Shown piece by piece: positions 33,968 through 44,204 of a stretch of 64,000 bases of DNA (its first letter is position 1; the number at the start of each line of letters is the position of its first letter). The notes beneath the pieces were generated by a model. It saw nothing but the letters and a program-made list of their open reading frames with translations, was not told the origin of the DNA and ran no database searches. Source of the DNA: an uncultured Candidatus Saccharibacteria bacterium (GTDB lineage: Bacteria; Patescibacteriota; Minisyncoccia; Phycocordibacterales; UBA918); contig CAZKFF010000006.1 in assembly GCA_964552045.1 (NCBI GenBank), forward strand, positions 34,657 through 98,656, read 5' to 3'. The position numbers and the translations under genes were made by a program.

Positions 33968-34336
33968 GTGCCGCTTTTTGTTGACCAGGCATTCATCGCT
34001 CATGCCGGAAGCCGTCTTCCATTCAAGATCGAGTGCGATGCGCTCACTGATGAGGACATCGAAACGCTCGCAAAGATAATCGGGGGCACGCATCTCTTCG
34101 GAAAAGTGCATGGCGTTCCGCAGGGCGGTATGCGCCTGGCTGCCGCGTTGCAGAAGCATTGCCTGAACTACGGCCAGACGCTCATTGTCGATGATGTGCT
34201 CACCACAGGCACCTCCATGGAGGAAGCCCGCCGGCAGATCGGTGGGCCGTCGCAGGGAGTCGTCATCTTCGCACGTGGAAACTGTCCCTCTTGGATTAAG
34301 CCGATATTCCAGCTTTCGCCATGGGCGGGACCATGA
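33968..34336 (+). CDS. Minimal phosphoribosyltransferase (PyrE-like)
   Basis: AGGAGG SD then GTG; FKIECD, GVPQGG, PRPP loop LIVDDVLTTGTS. Confidence 0.75.
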   Translation: MPLFVDQAFIAHAGSRLPFKIECDALTDEDIETLAKIIGGTHLFGKVHGVPQGGMRLAAALQKHCLNYGQTLIVDDVLTTGTSMEEARRQIGGPSQGVVIFARGNCPSWIKPIFQLSPWAGP

Positions 34337-34421
34337 AGATCTTCACAGCCGCACGCGCACGCGCGTGCGGCTGTTCTCCTCACTGCGCTCTGTCTGTGTG
34401 TATATGTACTATACTAAAGTC

Positions 34422-35351
34422 ATGCTTACGAATCTTTTTATCTTCGCGGCAGCTCTTTTGATGATCGGTCGCGGCGCGACGCTTGCGACGAGGTATGCAG
34501 GCAAATTCGCACAGAGCCTTAATCTCTCAAAGTACACGGTCGGATTCCTGATCATCGCCGTCATATCGATCCTTCCGGAGACCTTTGTTGCCATAAATGC
34601 CGCACTACGTGATGTGCCGGCAGTGGGACTCGGTATGCTGCTCGGCTCTAACGTTGCCGACCTCACGCTCATCTTCGCGCTCGTGGTGCTCTTGTCGGGA
34701 AGAAGCCTCCATGTCGAACAGAAGATCCTGAAGACCCACGTGCTGTATCCGCTTATCCTTCTGGTTCCCATAGTGCTCGGTCTTGACGGACATTTCTCAC
34801 GTCTTGAGGGGGCGACGCTTATTCTGCTCGGGTGCATCTTTTATTATCTGGCGCTGAAGAGCGAGGAACGTTCAGACGATCTGGAGATCCGCAAGAAGGA
34901 CAGGGTCGTGAATATGCTTATGCTTCTGTTCAGCCTGGGTATTCTTTTGGCAGGCGCATACTTCATCGTATCCTCAACCGCCGCATTGGGAGCGGCACTT
35001 GGCGTCAGCCCGGTTATTATTGGCATGCTTGTGGTTGCGCTTGGCACTACTATGCCTGAGCTCTTCTTCGCGGTGAAATCGGTGAAACAGCATAATGATT
35101 CACTTGCTGTCGGCGACCTGCTTGGCGTTGTGCTTGCTGACGCGACCATCGTCATCGGCATTCTTGCGCTTCTCAATCCGTTCAGTTTTCCCAAGACCAC
35201 GATCTATATCGGCGGCGTGTTTATGGTCGCTGCGTCGTTCATCCTGTTCAACTTCATGCGCTCGGGGAAAATGGTCACCCGAAAGGAGGCGTTATCGCTT
35301 GTTGTATTTTGGGCGACATTCATACTCGTTGAGTTTATTGCCGGCACGTAG
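34422..35351 (+). CDS. Sodium:calcium antiporter (YrbG/CaCA)
   Basis: SILPE...GSNVAD and GTTMPE alpha repeats. Confidence 0.88.
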   Translation: MLTNLFIFAAALLMIGRGATLATRYAGKFAQSLNLSKYTVGFLIIAVISILPETFVAINAALRDVPAVGLGMLLGSNVADLTLIFALVVLLSGRSLHVEQKILKTHVLYPLILLVPIVLGLDGHFSRLEGATLILLGCIFYYLALKSEERSDDLEIRKKDRVVNMLMLLFSLGILLAGAYFIVSSTAALGAALGVSPVIIGMLVVALGTTMPELFFAVKSVKQHNDSLAVGDLLGVVLADATIVIGILALLNPFSFPKTTIYIGGVFMVAASFILFNFMRSGKMVTRKEALSLVVFWATFILVEFIAGT

Positions 35352-35528
35352 AGAACAGGCCACACGAAAACCCGGCTCCCACACTGAACGGACCGGGTAT
35401 GTTTGATGCCGTCGTGCGGCGTTGCTGTTCCGAACGATCATCCAGTGCATGCGTGTCTTCACTGGGGACTCATGAAGGTTCGGTACTATCACCGAACACA
35501 GCCTATTATCAGTTTAGCTATCTATATT

Positions 35529-35732
35529 ATGAGCGAAAAAGACAGCCTTACTGTTCCGCATCTGCGTCACTTTATGAGCGGCATTCCTTATCCCGCTACC
35601 CAGCAGGAAATAATCACGTATGCCCGCAACAAGGGAGGCAGCAACGGGATCATACATGCGTTGGAGCAGCTGCCGAAAAAAACCTATGCCCATGAGGAAG
35701 AAGTGCTTGCTTCTCTATCGTTAACCGCTTAA
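35529..35732 (+). CDS. DUF2795 family protein
   Basis: GIPYPATQQEII..AR..G......LEQLP.KTY. Confidence 0.8.
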   Translation: MSEKDSLTVPHLRHFMSGIPYPATQQEIITYARNKGGSNGIIHALEQLPKKTYAHEEEVLASLSLTA

Positions 35733-35734
35733 AC

Positions 35735-36211
35735 ATGAGAGTTATGAAAATTCCAAAACATCTGCCGCAGTTTGCCAGGACATCGGCGCTCCTCATTGTC
35801 GCGGGGAAGCAGGATGCTGCGCTGTACACGGTTTCGGACGGTATCATAGAGAGGATCGACGCATTCAAGATTCCCAAACCCCGGTACTCCGACAAGGAAG
35901 GCCGGTTCGGTGTGCGCGCAAAAGGCGGCAGTGTCACCGGAGGAGTACTTGAGTTGCGGGATGAAGACATCATCCGCGATTTCATCAGGGAACTTAAATC
36001 CAGACTCAAATCCGCTCCAGCGTTCGAATATCTGTACATCTTTGCGCCAGCTGATACCAAGAACAAAATAGCTGCGGCGCTGCCGAAAAATTGGAAAGGA
36101 AAGATAAGCGGGACCATTGTCGGCAATTACTATTATCGCCCGCCGCTGTTTGTGCTTGAAAAGATAGCTGCGGAGATGGAAAAAGAGAATCAGCCTGAGC
36201 AGGCAAAATGA
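35735..36211 (+). CDS. Host-attachment / baeRF-like protein
   Basis: LIVAG..A.LY; YSDKEGRF; LYIFAP pattern (weak recognition). Confidence 0.5.
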   Translation: MRVMKIPKHLPQFARTSALLIVAGKQDAALYTVSDGIIERIDAFKIPKPRYSDKEGRFGVRAKGGSVTGGVLELRDEDIIRDFIRELKSRLKSAPAFEYLYIFAPADTKNKIAAALPKNWKGKISGTIVGNYYYRPPLFVLEKIAAEMEKENQPEQAK

Positions 36212-36287
36212 AACCGCCTGGCCTGCAAAGAATGCAGACGCAGGCGGTATGGAGGGTGCTGCAGAGCGTGCAACGCGCGTCGACGGA

Positions 36288-36452
36288 TCAGCTCGCGAGG
36301 TTGACGACGACGGCGTCGAGTCCGATTTCGTCGGGGGCGGCATCGGCGGTCGGCAGGTCGCGGCAGGCGTCCTTGAGGCCGGCATGGCTCAGCGAATCGA
36401 CAGTAATGAGCTCGGTCTGGTGCCGGAGGTGCGACGTGATGGAACGTTTCAT
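36288..36452 (-). CDS. Small orphan protein (54 aa)
   Basis: AAGGAAGGA upstream, high GC3, downstream hairpin at 36211-36248. Confidence 0.4.
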   Translation of the reverse strand: MKRSITSHLRHQTELITVDSLSHAGLKDACRDLPTADAAPDEIGLDAVVVNLAS

Positions 36453-36741
36453 TTCGAAAAGTCCTTCCTTTGAAATGCAGCCAGCCTTCGGCTGCGTGCG
36501 AATCGCCCCGATCCCTAAGGGTAGGCGACTATTGGAGTGTACTCCCAAAACTCAGCAATTGCAATGCGGAGGACAAGAAGGGTTGATAAAGCTCATCAAT
36601 ATAATCTCTTGATTTTCAGTTGTATTTTTTTACGGATGTGCTTTAATAGCGGCAAACAAAGCATAGCTCCTCTTGAGAATTCTCTCAAAAAGAAGTAGAT
36701 CAGGCGTGGTGAAGTTTTGTTATATAAGTAAACAAAATAAG

Positions 36742-36939
36742 ATGACAGGTAAAATTGCACGTGTTACAGACCGAGGTTTCGGTTTCATTACTCCAGACAG
36801 CGGCGAGAAGGATGTATTCTTCCACGCTAAGGACCTTAACGGCGTTGAATTCAACGACCTTAAGGAGGGAGAGACTGTGACATTTGAGATCGTAGATGGC
36901 CCTAAGGGTCCAGCTGCGGCAAATGTAGCTCGCGCGTAA
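36742..36939 (+). CDS. Cold-shock protein
   Basis: RGFGFI (RNP1), DVFFH (RNP2), GPKGPAAANV. Confidence 0.95.
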   Translation: MTGKIARVTDRGFGFITPDSGEKDVFFHAKDLNGVEFNDLKEGETVTFEIVDGPKGPAAANVARA

Positions 36940-36940
36940 G

Positions 36941-36991
36941 TGCGACATAAGAAAAGGCCGGGGCTTCGCCCCGGCCTTTTCTTATGTCGCA
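36941..36991. terminator. Bidirectional terminator
   Basis: TGCGACATAAGAAAAGGCCGGGGC-TTC-GCCCCGGCCTTTTCTTATGTCGCA. Confidence 0.85.
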
Positions 36992-37713
36992 TACGGGTCT
37001 TTCTGCGCATACACTGCAATAGTGCGCCGTTTCCGCGCCTTGCCTCTGGAAACATGCTTGTGCGACGGATAGGTCTTGTGGACAATAAATTTCTCGCCGA
37101 GGAAATCCACAAGTTCTTCCTCGCTGTAGACGTATTCCTGCACACCGATGACCGGGTGGATATATGCATTCTCTTCGTCGGCGGGATTTTCAGAGATGAG
37201 CCGTTTGGTATGGAGATCTTTATCCCGCAGGAATGTCTTCATGAAAAGATACCCGCCCGGCTTCAGAATGCGATGTATCTCATCGCGCAAAAGTGTACGC
37301 TCGTCTTTCTTGAGGAAGTGGGAGCTCATCATATCGAGCGCGAGCATTTGGGTCTCATCTAAAATATCGAACCTTCCTGCGATAGATCGTACTTCATACG
37401 AAAGATTAAGGCCCTCTGAGAGTCGCTGTGCTTCCTTGATCGCCGCTGCGGAGGAGTCGTAGCCGATCCCGCGCATGCCGTACGTTCGCGCGAGGTATAC
37501 AAGATTCCTCCCATTACCGCATCCGAGATCGACAACCGAAGAGAGTGGGTTCAGAAGCGAGAGTTTCGTCTGGCGTTCGAGCCACCGGGTGAACTTCTCG
37601 AGATCATCGCTTGCGTCCGTTGAAAGCGCCAAGTGCTCGGCCTTGGTATATTCCTGGTCCCAAAACGCGGTACCGTGCCGGTTTCGTTTGTTGTTTTTGA
37701 CATGGCGTGCCAT
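36982..37713 (-). CDS. Class I SAM-dependent methyltransferase
   Basis: VDLGCGNGRN, ILKPGG. Confidence 0.9.
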   Translation of the reverse strand: MARHVKNNKRNRHGTAFWDQEYTKAEHLALSTDASDDLEKFTRWLERQTKLSLLNPLSSVVDLGCGNGRNLVYLARTYGMRGIGYDSSAAAIKEAQRLSEGLNLSYEVRSIAGRFDILDETQMLALDMMSSHFLKKDERTLLRDEIHRILKPGGYLFMKTFLRDKDLHTKRLISENPADEENAYIHPVIGVQEYVYSEEELVDFLGEKFIVHKTYPSHKHVSRGKARKRRTIAVYAQKDPYAT

Positions 37714-37773
37714 ATGCCCGCATTAGAGCACACATCTTGCGTGTTTTGCAAATTGCCGTATGCTCACAGTGAC

Positions 37774-38520
37774 ATGGACGACCGATACATATATATCTAT
37801 GGCAAGCATGCGGTGATCGAAGCGCTCACATTCCGAAGCGACGTGGTCGCTGAAGTTTTCCTGCGGGAGGATGTCGCAGGAGAGGTTCGCGGCAAACTTT
37901 TGTCCTCAGTGAAAAAAGTGCAGTCCTTCAAAGGAGACGCCGTGCCGCGCGGAGTCGATAAACATGCGGTCCACCAGGGTTTTATAGCAAAGATAGATAG
38001 GGAACGGCTCGTGCTCTCTTTTGATGATTTCAGAACACAGTTGTCTGTGGAGAATACTACAGCTTTGGCGCTTCTCGGGGAGGTGCAGGATCCACACAAT
38101 GTCGGCGCAATCGTACGGTCAGCCGCCGCGTTCGGGCTTTCCGGCGTACTGATCCCGAAGCACCGCCAGGCAGGCGTGACTGGTACGGTCGTGAAGGTCT
38201 CCGCAGGGATGGCGTTCAAGGTGCCGCTTGTTGAAGTGCCGAATGTGAATCGTGCAATAGAGAGCCTGAAAAAGAACGGCTTCTTCGTCTACGGGCTCGA
38301 CGCAGGAGGAGAAACCGCGCTTCCCGAGGAGGATTTCCGCAAGCCGACGGTGTTTGTCCTCGGCAACGAAGGCGAGGGCATCAGGCAGAAGACGCGCGAA
38401 CACTGCGATTCCATACTCAGCATCCCCATGCACAAACGGACGGAATCGCTCAATGCCTCAGCGTCTGCTGCAGTCGCCTTCTATGCATGGAGCGTTGCGC
38501 ATCCTGACGCACTCCCATAA
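37774..38520 (+). CDS. rlmB: 23S rRNA Gm2251 methyltransferase RlmB (SpoU)
   Basis: IYGKHAV, HQG, QDPHNVGAIVRS, LGNEGEG, ESLNAS. Confidence 0.92.
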   Translation: MDDRYIYIYGKHAVIEALTFRSDVVAEVFLREDVAGEVRGKLLSSVKKVQSFKGDAVPRGVDKHAVHQGFIAKIDRERLVLSFDDFRTQLSVENTTALALLGEVQDPHNVGAIVRSAAAFGLSGVLIPKHRQAGVTGTVVKVSAGMAFKVPLVEVPNVNRAIESLKKNGFFVYGLDAGGETALPEEDFRKPTVFVLGNEGEGIRQKTREHCDSILSIPMHKRTESLNASASAAVAFYAWSVAHPDALP

Positions 38521-38572
38521 GCACAGATGCGAGCACGCATCAGCTCTGCTCTGGTATACTGAACGGATAGGT

Positions 38573-38977
38573 ATGCCGGATTTTACGATCATCAACGAAA
38601 TTGCCGTCATCGGATGCACGTTCCTGATGCTCGCTATCAGCACTATCTGGTATTCGTCGTATATGTTCGGATCGCTATGGAAGAAGCATGCTCCTTCCAT
38701 AACTGCGCCTGAACATGGAGCATTGCGGAGGATCCTTTTTGCCGCTATCGCGTATGCGGTCATGCTTTCACTCCTTGCCTATCTGCTTGCACTCTCTCCG
38801 CTCCTTCAGCTCTCGTCCTTCGTCGCTTCACTCTGCGTATTTTTGTTTGCTGCCGCATTTCTTGCAGCGCTGTGTATAGAGCAAGGGAGATCGCACATAT
38901 ATTTCCTCATACAGGCAGGCTTCTTTTTTCTTTTTATTGTCGGCGGAGCGTTTGTCATCCAGTATTGGCCTTGGTAA
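38573..38977 (+). CDS. DUF1761-like membrane protein
   Basis: IWYS..MFG.LW motif, four TM. Confidence 0.7.
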   Translation: MPDFTIINEIAVIGCTFLMLAISTIWYSSYMFGSLWKKHAPSITAPEHGALRRILFAAIAYAVMLSLLAYLLALSPLLQLSSFVASLCVFLFAAAFLAALCIEQGRSHIYFLIQAGFFFLFIVGGAFVIQYWPW

Positions 38978-38981
38978 AGAT

Positions 38982-39488
38982 ATGCGATTTTTAGTTGAAA
39001 CAGTAGTATTGATCATATGTGCAGCCACTGCGTTCATCCTCTATCAAAACTATTGGGATGATCTGCGGTACGCGCTGTTTGCTGATGAGCCCGTGCATAC
39101 GATCTATCTTGCATCCGCTGCCCTTGAAGTCACCGTCGCTGATGATACCGAAGAACGTATACAGGGATTAAGCGGTGTGCCGAAACTGGACGATCTTGAA
39201 GGGAAACTCTTTATATTTGATGCGGATGCAAAGCACGGCATCTGGATGAAAGACATGCTTTTTCCGCTCGATATCTTGTGGATAGACAAGAATTTGAAAG
39301 TTGTGCACATCGTCGAGAATGCTACTCCTGATTCCTATCCGCAGACGATCTTCGCTCCTCCGGTTGAGGCGCGGTTTGTCCTTGAGATGAATGCTTTCTT
39401 TGTCTCATCACTCAAGATAAAAGTCGGCGATACGCTCACGCTGCCTCCATCACTGATACCTGAGGATATAAAACGGGATTTGCAATAG
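38982..39488 (+). CDS. DUF192 domain protein
   Basis: VAD...R.QGLS, IWMKDMLFPLDILWID, FVLEMNA. Confidence 0.9.
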   Translation: MRFLVETVVLIICAATAFILYQNYWDDLRYALFADEPVHTIYLASAALEVTVADDTEERIQGLSGVPKLDDLEGKLFIFDADAKHGIWMKDMLFPLDILWIDKNLKVVHIVENATPDSYPQTIFAPPVEARFVLEMNAFFVSSLKIKVGDTLTLPPSLIPEDIKRDLQ

Positions 39489-39512
39489 TGCTCATTGTGT
39501 TGCATAATACTC

Positions 39513-39900
39513 CCGCGCAGATGATCGCCTCTGTTCTTGAACAGGGGAGGAAAGTCCGGACACGTTTTCGTGCGAAAGCAGGTCAAAAAAAGTAGCGGGT
39601 AACTCCCGTCCTTCGGCAACGCTCCATGCGTTCTTGAAGCGAGGTGCGAGCAGAGACGCCCGAAGCGAAAGCAAACGGGCATCCCGATTGGGATGAGCTC
39701 TCCTGGCAACAGGAGAGGTGAAACGGCTAAATCCTTACTCGCGTGCAAGGCCGCGCCCGGCCGCATTTTTGGAAAGACAGCCGTTTTCTTCCCAAAAATG
39801 CGGCCGGGAGAGCCGCAAGAGCTGTCTGGCAACAGGCAGCCCAGGTATATGATCATCCCAGGTATCTTTCGATCCTGGACAGAATCCGGCTTATCGCGTG
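39513..39900 (+). ncRNA. rnpB: RNase P RNA
   Basis: GATCGC...GAGGAAAGTCCGG, GGTGAAACGG, ACAGAATCCGGCTTAT; TATAAT-like -10 upstream. Confidence 0.95.
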
Positions 39901-40019
39901 AAGAATCGCCCCAGTTCTGGGGCTTTTCTTTTGCACGGAACAGCAGCTTCTCCCATTGGTACTGACTGAGTACATGCTATTCTATACATATTACAAAGGA
40001 GGTAAACCCGTGTTTAAAC

Positions 40020-42503
40020 ATGCAGGAAACTATATTACTCAAGCAGGATGCATCGAAAGATCCGATCGAACAAATACTGTTAAGCATATCCCAGAACATC
40101 ATTGCCATCGTGTTCGGTATTCTGCCGCTCTTTTTTATCCCCGTTCCGTACATGCCATTTGATTATGGCAAAACGATCTTTGTCATCGTCGGCGTACTGC
40201 TTGCGGTGATATTCTTCAGTTTGTCGGTGCTTCGTTCAGGCAGGGTATCGCTTGCTGCTCCGCTTGCGCTATGGGGATTGTGGGGGGTTGCGCTTGCAAC
40301 CGTATTATCCGCCGTCCTCTCAGGAGATATGCGCGATGCTTTCATTGGTGACGATATCGGTGTCCATACGAGTGTGTTTGTTGTGCTCCTTGCATCTGTC
40401 GCGACCATTACGCTCCTTATCGGACAGACAAAGGCAAGCATCATGCGTCTCTATGTGCTCTTAACCGGAAGCGCCATTGTGCTCGGCGTATTCCACCTGC
40501 TGCGGTTGTTCTTCGGGCCGGACATGCTTTCGCTTGGCATTTTGCGGGATTTGGTTGCAACGCCGATCGGTGGATGGAATGACCTGGCGCTGTTTTTCGG
40601 CCTCTCAATTCTGGTTGCGCTTGTCGCATTCGAACAATTGCCGCTGACCCGACCAGGAAAAGCATTGTTTGCTGCAGTTATCATCTTCTCGCTTGCTATG
40701 CTTGGAGTGGTCAATTTCTATGCAGTCTGGATCGTGCTCGGCCTTGTAAGCCTTGTGCTTTTGATGTACAGCCTCACCAAGGATCGGTTTTCAGAGAAGA
40801 CTATGATGCTCGAAGGAAAAAAGAGCACAACTGTGCTTCCGGTCATTCTCACTGCTCTGGTATTTATTGTTTCGCTTATGTTCATCATCGGAAGCGGACC
40901 TATCGGAAGCATGATCTCCAAGGCAACAGGTATTTCATACATCGAGGTCAGACCATCGTTCTCTGCGACAATGGAGATAACACGGAACGTGTTCAAGGAA
41001 AATGCCTTCGTCGGCATCGGACCCAATAAGTTTGTTGATGCGTGGCGTCTTTACAAAGACCCGGCGATCAATGAGACGGTCTTCTGGGCGACTGACTTCA
41101 GGGGAGCAAGCGGCTATCTCACGACGTTCTTTGCAACAACCGGTATCGTGGGAATCGCTGCATGGCTCGTGTTCCTTTTCCTCTTCCTTTTCGCAGGATT
41201 CCGTATGCTGTTTAAGGCAACGCGTGAGGATACGTTCTGGTACTTCATCGGAAGCTCCTCGTTTGTTGCTGCCGCATATTTGTGGTGCATGTCATTCGTA
41301 TACGTGCCCGGGGCGACGATCCTGCTTCTTGCCGCCATCCTGACGAGCGTCATGTTTGCAGCATACAGCGCGACAGTTCCATCCCGGGTGTTCGCATTCT
41401 CGATTGCGGCAAACAAGCGCGCCGGCATCCTACTTGTTGGATTTGTCATGGTGGTCATCGTCGGCGCTTCGAGCGCTTTGTATTACACCATTCGCCATTA
41501 CTCAGGGGTGTATACGTACAGCAAAGCGCTTTCCGCATCTCAGGTTGCTGGTGCCGATCTTTCACAGATAGAATCGGACATTGTCTCGGCGTACGGACTT
41601 TCGCGGAATGAATCATATGCGCTGCAGCTCGCCTCATATCAGCTCGCAAAGATCAATACGTTTGTCGCACTGCCAGAGCTCTCAGAGGAGCAGCAGGCGC
41701 AATTCCAGGGAAGCGTTCAGAACGGCATTGATGCAGCCATGCTTGCGGCAAACCAGGACCCGACCGATTCGCTCAACTGGTCAACGCTCGGAAGCATATA
41801 TAGCGTACTTGCAGCTGCTTCTGTAGAGGGGGCACAGGATAAGGCACAAGAAGCGTTTGCGCAGGCACGATCATTCGATCCGGTCAACCCACTTTATGCG
41901 CTCCTTGAGGCGCAGCTCGCTTCCCGCACGGGTGACTTGGCAGCCGCCCGTACAAAGGCGCAGGAGGCAGTGACGCTCAAGAGCAATTATACCGATGCAC
42001 TTTTCTTCCTTGCACAGATAGATATCGCTGAAGGAAAGACAAGCGACGCCATTGCCACTACCCGTGCTATCACATCACTTGAACCGAACAATCCGGCGCG
42101 GCACTATCAGCTCGGCGTTCTGCTTTCTGCAAATGGTGATACTGACGGTGCGATTGATGCGTTCAGAAAAGCGGTGCAGCTTGATACCAACTATGCCAAC
42201 GCCCGATACTTCCTTGCGCTCTCACTCGCACAGAGGGGAGATACTGCGGGCGCCATTGCTGAACTTCAGGCTGTGCTCGCACTCAATCCGGGCAACACAG
42301 AAGTAGAGGCGCTCATTGCACAGCTGCAGTCCGGAGAGCCGCTTACGGTCGCGCCTGAATCAACCGAGCAAGTGGATGAGCCTGAAACGGTCAACGCTGA
42401 AGATGATGCAATTACAACCACAGAAACCCCTGACACATCGCTCGTCTCTCCGGTGAATGTCATCGACGGCGAAGAGGAGACTGCTGAAGAAGCACAGCAA
42501 TAA
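40020..42503 (+). CDS. Polytopic membrane protein (O-antigen ligase-like) with C-terminal TPRs
   Basis: About 13 TM, GIGPNKF periplasmic loop, TTGIVG, then TPR repeats (NYANARYFLAL). Confidence 0.7.
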   Translation: MQETILLKQDASKDPIEQILLSISQNIIAIVFGILPLFFIPVPYMPFDYGKTIFVIVGVLLAVIFFSLSVLRSGRVSLAAPLALWGLWGVALATVLSAVLSGDMRDAFIGDDIGVHTSVFVVLLASVATITLLIGQTKASIMRLYVLLTGSAIVLGVFHLLRLFFGPDMLSLGILRDLVATPIGGWNDLALFFGLSILVALVAFEQLPLTRPGKALFAAVIIFSLAMLGVVNFYAVWIVLGLVSLVLLMYSLTKDRFSEKTMMLEGKKSTTVLPVILTALVFIVSLMFIIGSGPIGSMISKATGISYIEVRPSFSATMEITRNVFKENAFVGIGPNKFVDAWRLYKDPAINETVFWATDFRGASGYLTTFFATTGIVGIAAWLVFLFLFLFAGFRMLFKATREDTFWYFIGSSSFVAAAYLWCMSFVYVPGATILLLAAILTSVMFAAYSATVPSRVFAFSIAANKRAGILLVGFVMVVIVGASSALYYTIRHYSGVYTYSKALSASQVAGADLSQIESDIVSAYGLSRNESYALQLASYQLAKINTFVALPELSEEQQAQFQGSVQNGIDAAMLAANQDPTDSLNWSTLGSIYSVLAAASVEGAQDKAQEAFAQARSFDPVNPLYALLEAQLASRTGDLAAARTKAQEAVTLKSNYTDALFFLAQIDIAEGKTSDAIATTRAITSLEPNNPARHYQLGVLLSANGDTDGAIDAFRKAVQLDTNYANARYFLALSLAQRGDTAGAIAELQAVLALNPGNTEVEALIAQLQSGEPLTVAPESTEQVDEPETVNAEDDAITTTETPDTSLVSPVNVIDGEEETAEEAQQ

Positions 42504-42512
42504 GCCTCTGCC

Positions 42513-44189
42513 ATGGTAAAGCGGATGTTTGAGATCGTCTATAAGGAGGTACGCGGCCTGCATCAGGCTGCGTATGTGCTTGGGCTGTTCACCTTCGGTT
42601 CGCAGCTTCTGGCGTTGGTGCGCGACCGCATGCTTGCCCATGAGTTCGGAGCCGGTGTTGAACTTGACCTGTACTATGCCGCATTCCGGATACCCGATCT
42701 CCTGTATGTACTGTTCGCATCTACTTTGTCGGTATATGTACTCATTCCCTTTGTTGCGAGCCGCATCCAAGGTGAAGACGCGTCTGCGGCCCGCCAGCTT
42801 CTGAGCCAGGTATTCAGCGTCTTCCTTGTTGTCTATACGGTTCTGGCGCTTCTTCTGGCGCTCTGTGCGCCGTTCATCCTCCCGCTTTTGTTCCCTGGTA
42901 TGGCAGGGCATGGGCAGGAGCTTGTGACACTGACGCGGATATTGCTCCTCCAGCCGCTTTTGCTCGGCGTTTCAAGTCTCTTCGGCGTAGTGACGCAGCT
43001 TGGACACCGGTTTGTACTTTATGCGATCAGCCCGCTCATCTATAACGTCGGCATCATCGCCGGTATTATCTTTTTCTATCCTTCCATCGGACTCAGCGGA
43101 TTGGCGCTCGGAGTGGTGTGCGGAGCGCTCGGCCACATGCTCGTCCAGCAGCCCTTGGTCCGTAAGAGCAATCTTTCATTCGGATTCACCACCGCTGTGT
43201 CATTTCCGCTCATCAGACAGGTGCTCAGTGTATCGGTGCCGCGCGCGGTCACACTCGCCATGCATCAGATCGTTCTGCTCGTTTTGATCGGGATCGCGAG
43301 CCTCATGACCGTCGGCTCGGTCTCTGTGTTTCAACTGGCGTACAATCTGCAGTCAGTTCCGCTTGCGGTTATTGGCGCAAGCTATTCCATTGCCGCGTTT
43401 CCGTTCCTTGCCGACCTGTTTGCACAGAAAAAAATGGATGCATTTCGGCTTCACATTGTAACGGCGTTGCGCCATATTATCTTTTGGTCAGTCCCGGCAA
43501 TAGGCCTTGTCATTGTGCTTCGCGCGCAGCTGGTCCGCGTGGTGCTCGGCAGTGGCGCCTTCGATTGGGGAGATACGCGCCTGACGGCTGCAACGCTTGC
43601 GCTTTTGTCTCTGTCGCTGTTTGCGCAGGCGATCAATCTGCTTATCGTCAGAACATTCTATGCCGGAGGCAACACGCGGACGCCGTTTGTGGTCACCTGC
43701 GCCGGTTCTGCCTGTGCGGTTGTGCTGACATTCTGCATATACGGACTGTATGTCACATACCCGGGGTTTGTGGACGCGCTGGGGTCGCTTTTACGCATCG
43801 AAGCAGTGCCTGGTTCTGAAGTGGTGGTTGTTGCGCTTTCGTACAGTGTCGCCATGTGCGGGCAGACGCTTGTACTATTCCTGTGCGCGGTGCGCAGCTT
43901 TTCCATACCGCTCGGGTGGCTGTCGGCCAATTTCAGCAGGTCATTCGCCGCAGCGGTCGTTGGCTCGCTGTGCGCATACGCCACACTCAATTTCTTCGTT
44001 GAAGGCATCAATGAAGCAACTTTCCTCGGTATTCTCATCCAGGGAGCACTCGGCGGCGGGATCGGTGTGAGCGGGGTGATCCTCACGTATCATCTGCTCC
44101 GCTCGCCTGAGCTTCGGGAGATCTACAAGGCATCTCATCGGCGTATATTCAAAACGGATGTCGTTGCGCCGCAGGAGGATGTACTGTAA
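42513..44189 (+). CDS. murJ: Lipid II flippase MurJ
   Basis: LVRDR.LA..FGAG..LD.YYAAFRIPD, P.IYN, RTFYA. Confidence 0.9.
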   Translation: MVKRMFEIVYKEVRGLHQAAYVLGLFTFGSQLLALVRDRMLAHEFGAGVELDLYYAAFRIPDLLYVLFASTLSVYVLIPFVASRIQGEDASAARQLLSQVFSVFLVVYTVLALLLALCAPFILPLLFPGMAGHGQELVTLTRILLLQPLLLGVSSLFGVVTQLGHRFVLYAISPLIYNVGIIAGIIFFYPSIGLSGLALGVVCGALGHMLVQQPLVRKSNLSFGFTTAVSFPLIRQVLSVSVPRAVTLAMHQIVLLVLIGIASLMTVGSVSVFQLAYNLQSVPLAVIGASYSIAAFPFLADLFAQKKMDAFRLHIVTALRHIIFWSVPAIGLVIVLRAQLVRVVLGSGAFDWGDTRLTAATLALLSLSLFAQAINLLIVRTFYAGGNTRTPFVVTCAGSACAVVLTFCIYGLYVTYPGFVDALGSLLRIEAVPGSEVVVVALSYSVAMCGQTLVLFLCAVRSFSIPLGWLSANFSRSFAAAVVGSLCAYATLNFFVEGINEATFLGILIQGALGGGIGVSGVILTYHLLRSPELREIYKASHRRIFKTDVVAPQEDVL

Positions 44190-44204
44190 AGTACGCGGAC
44201 TGTT

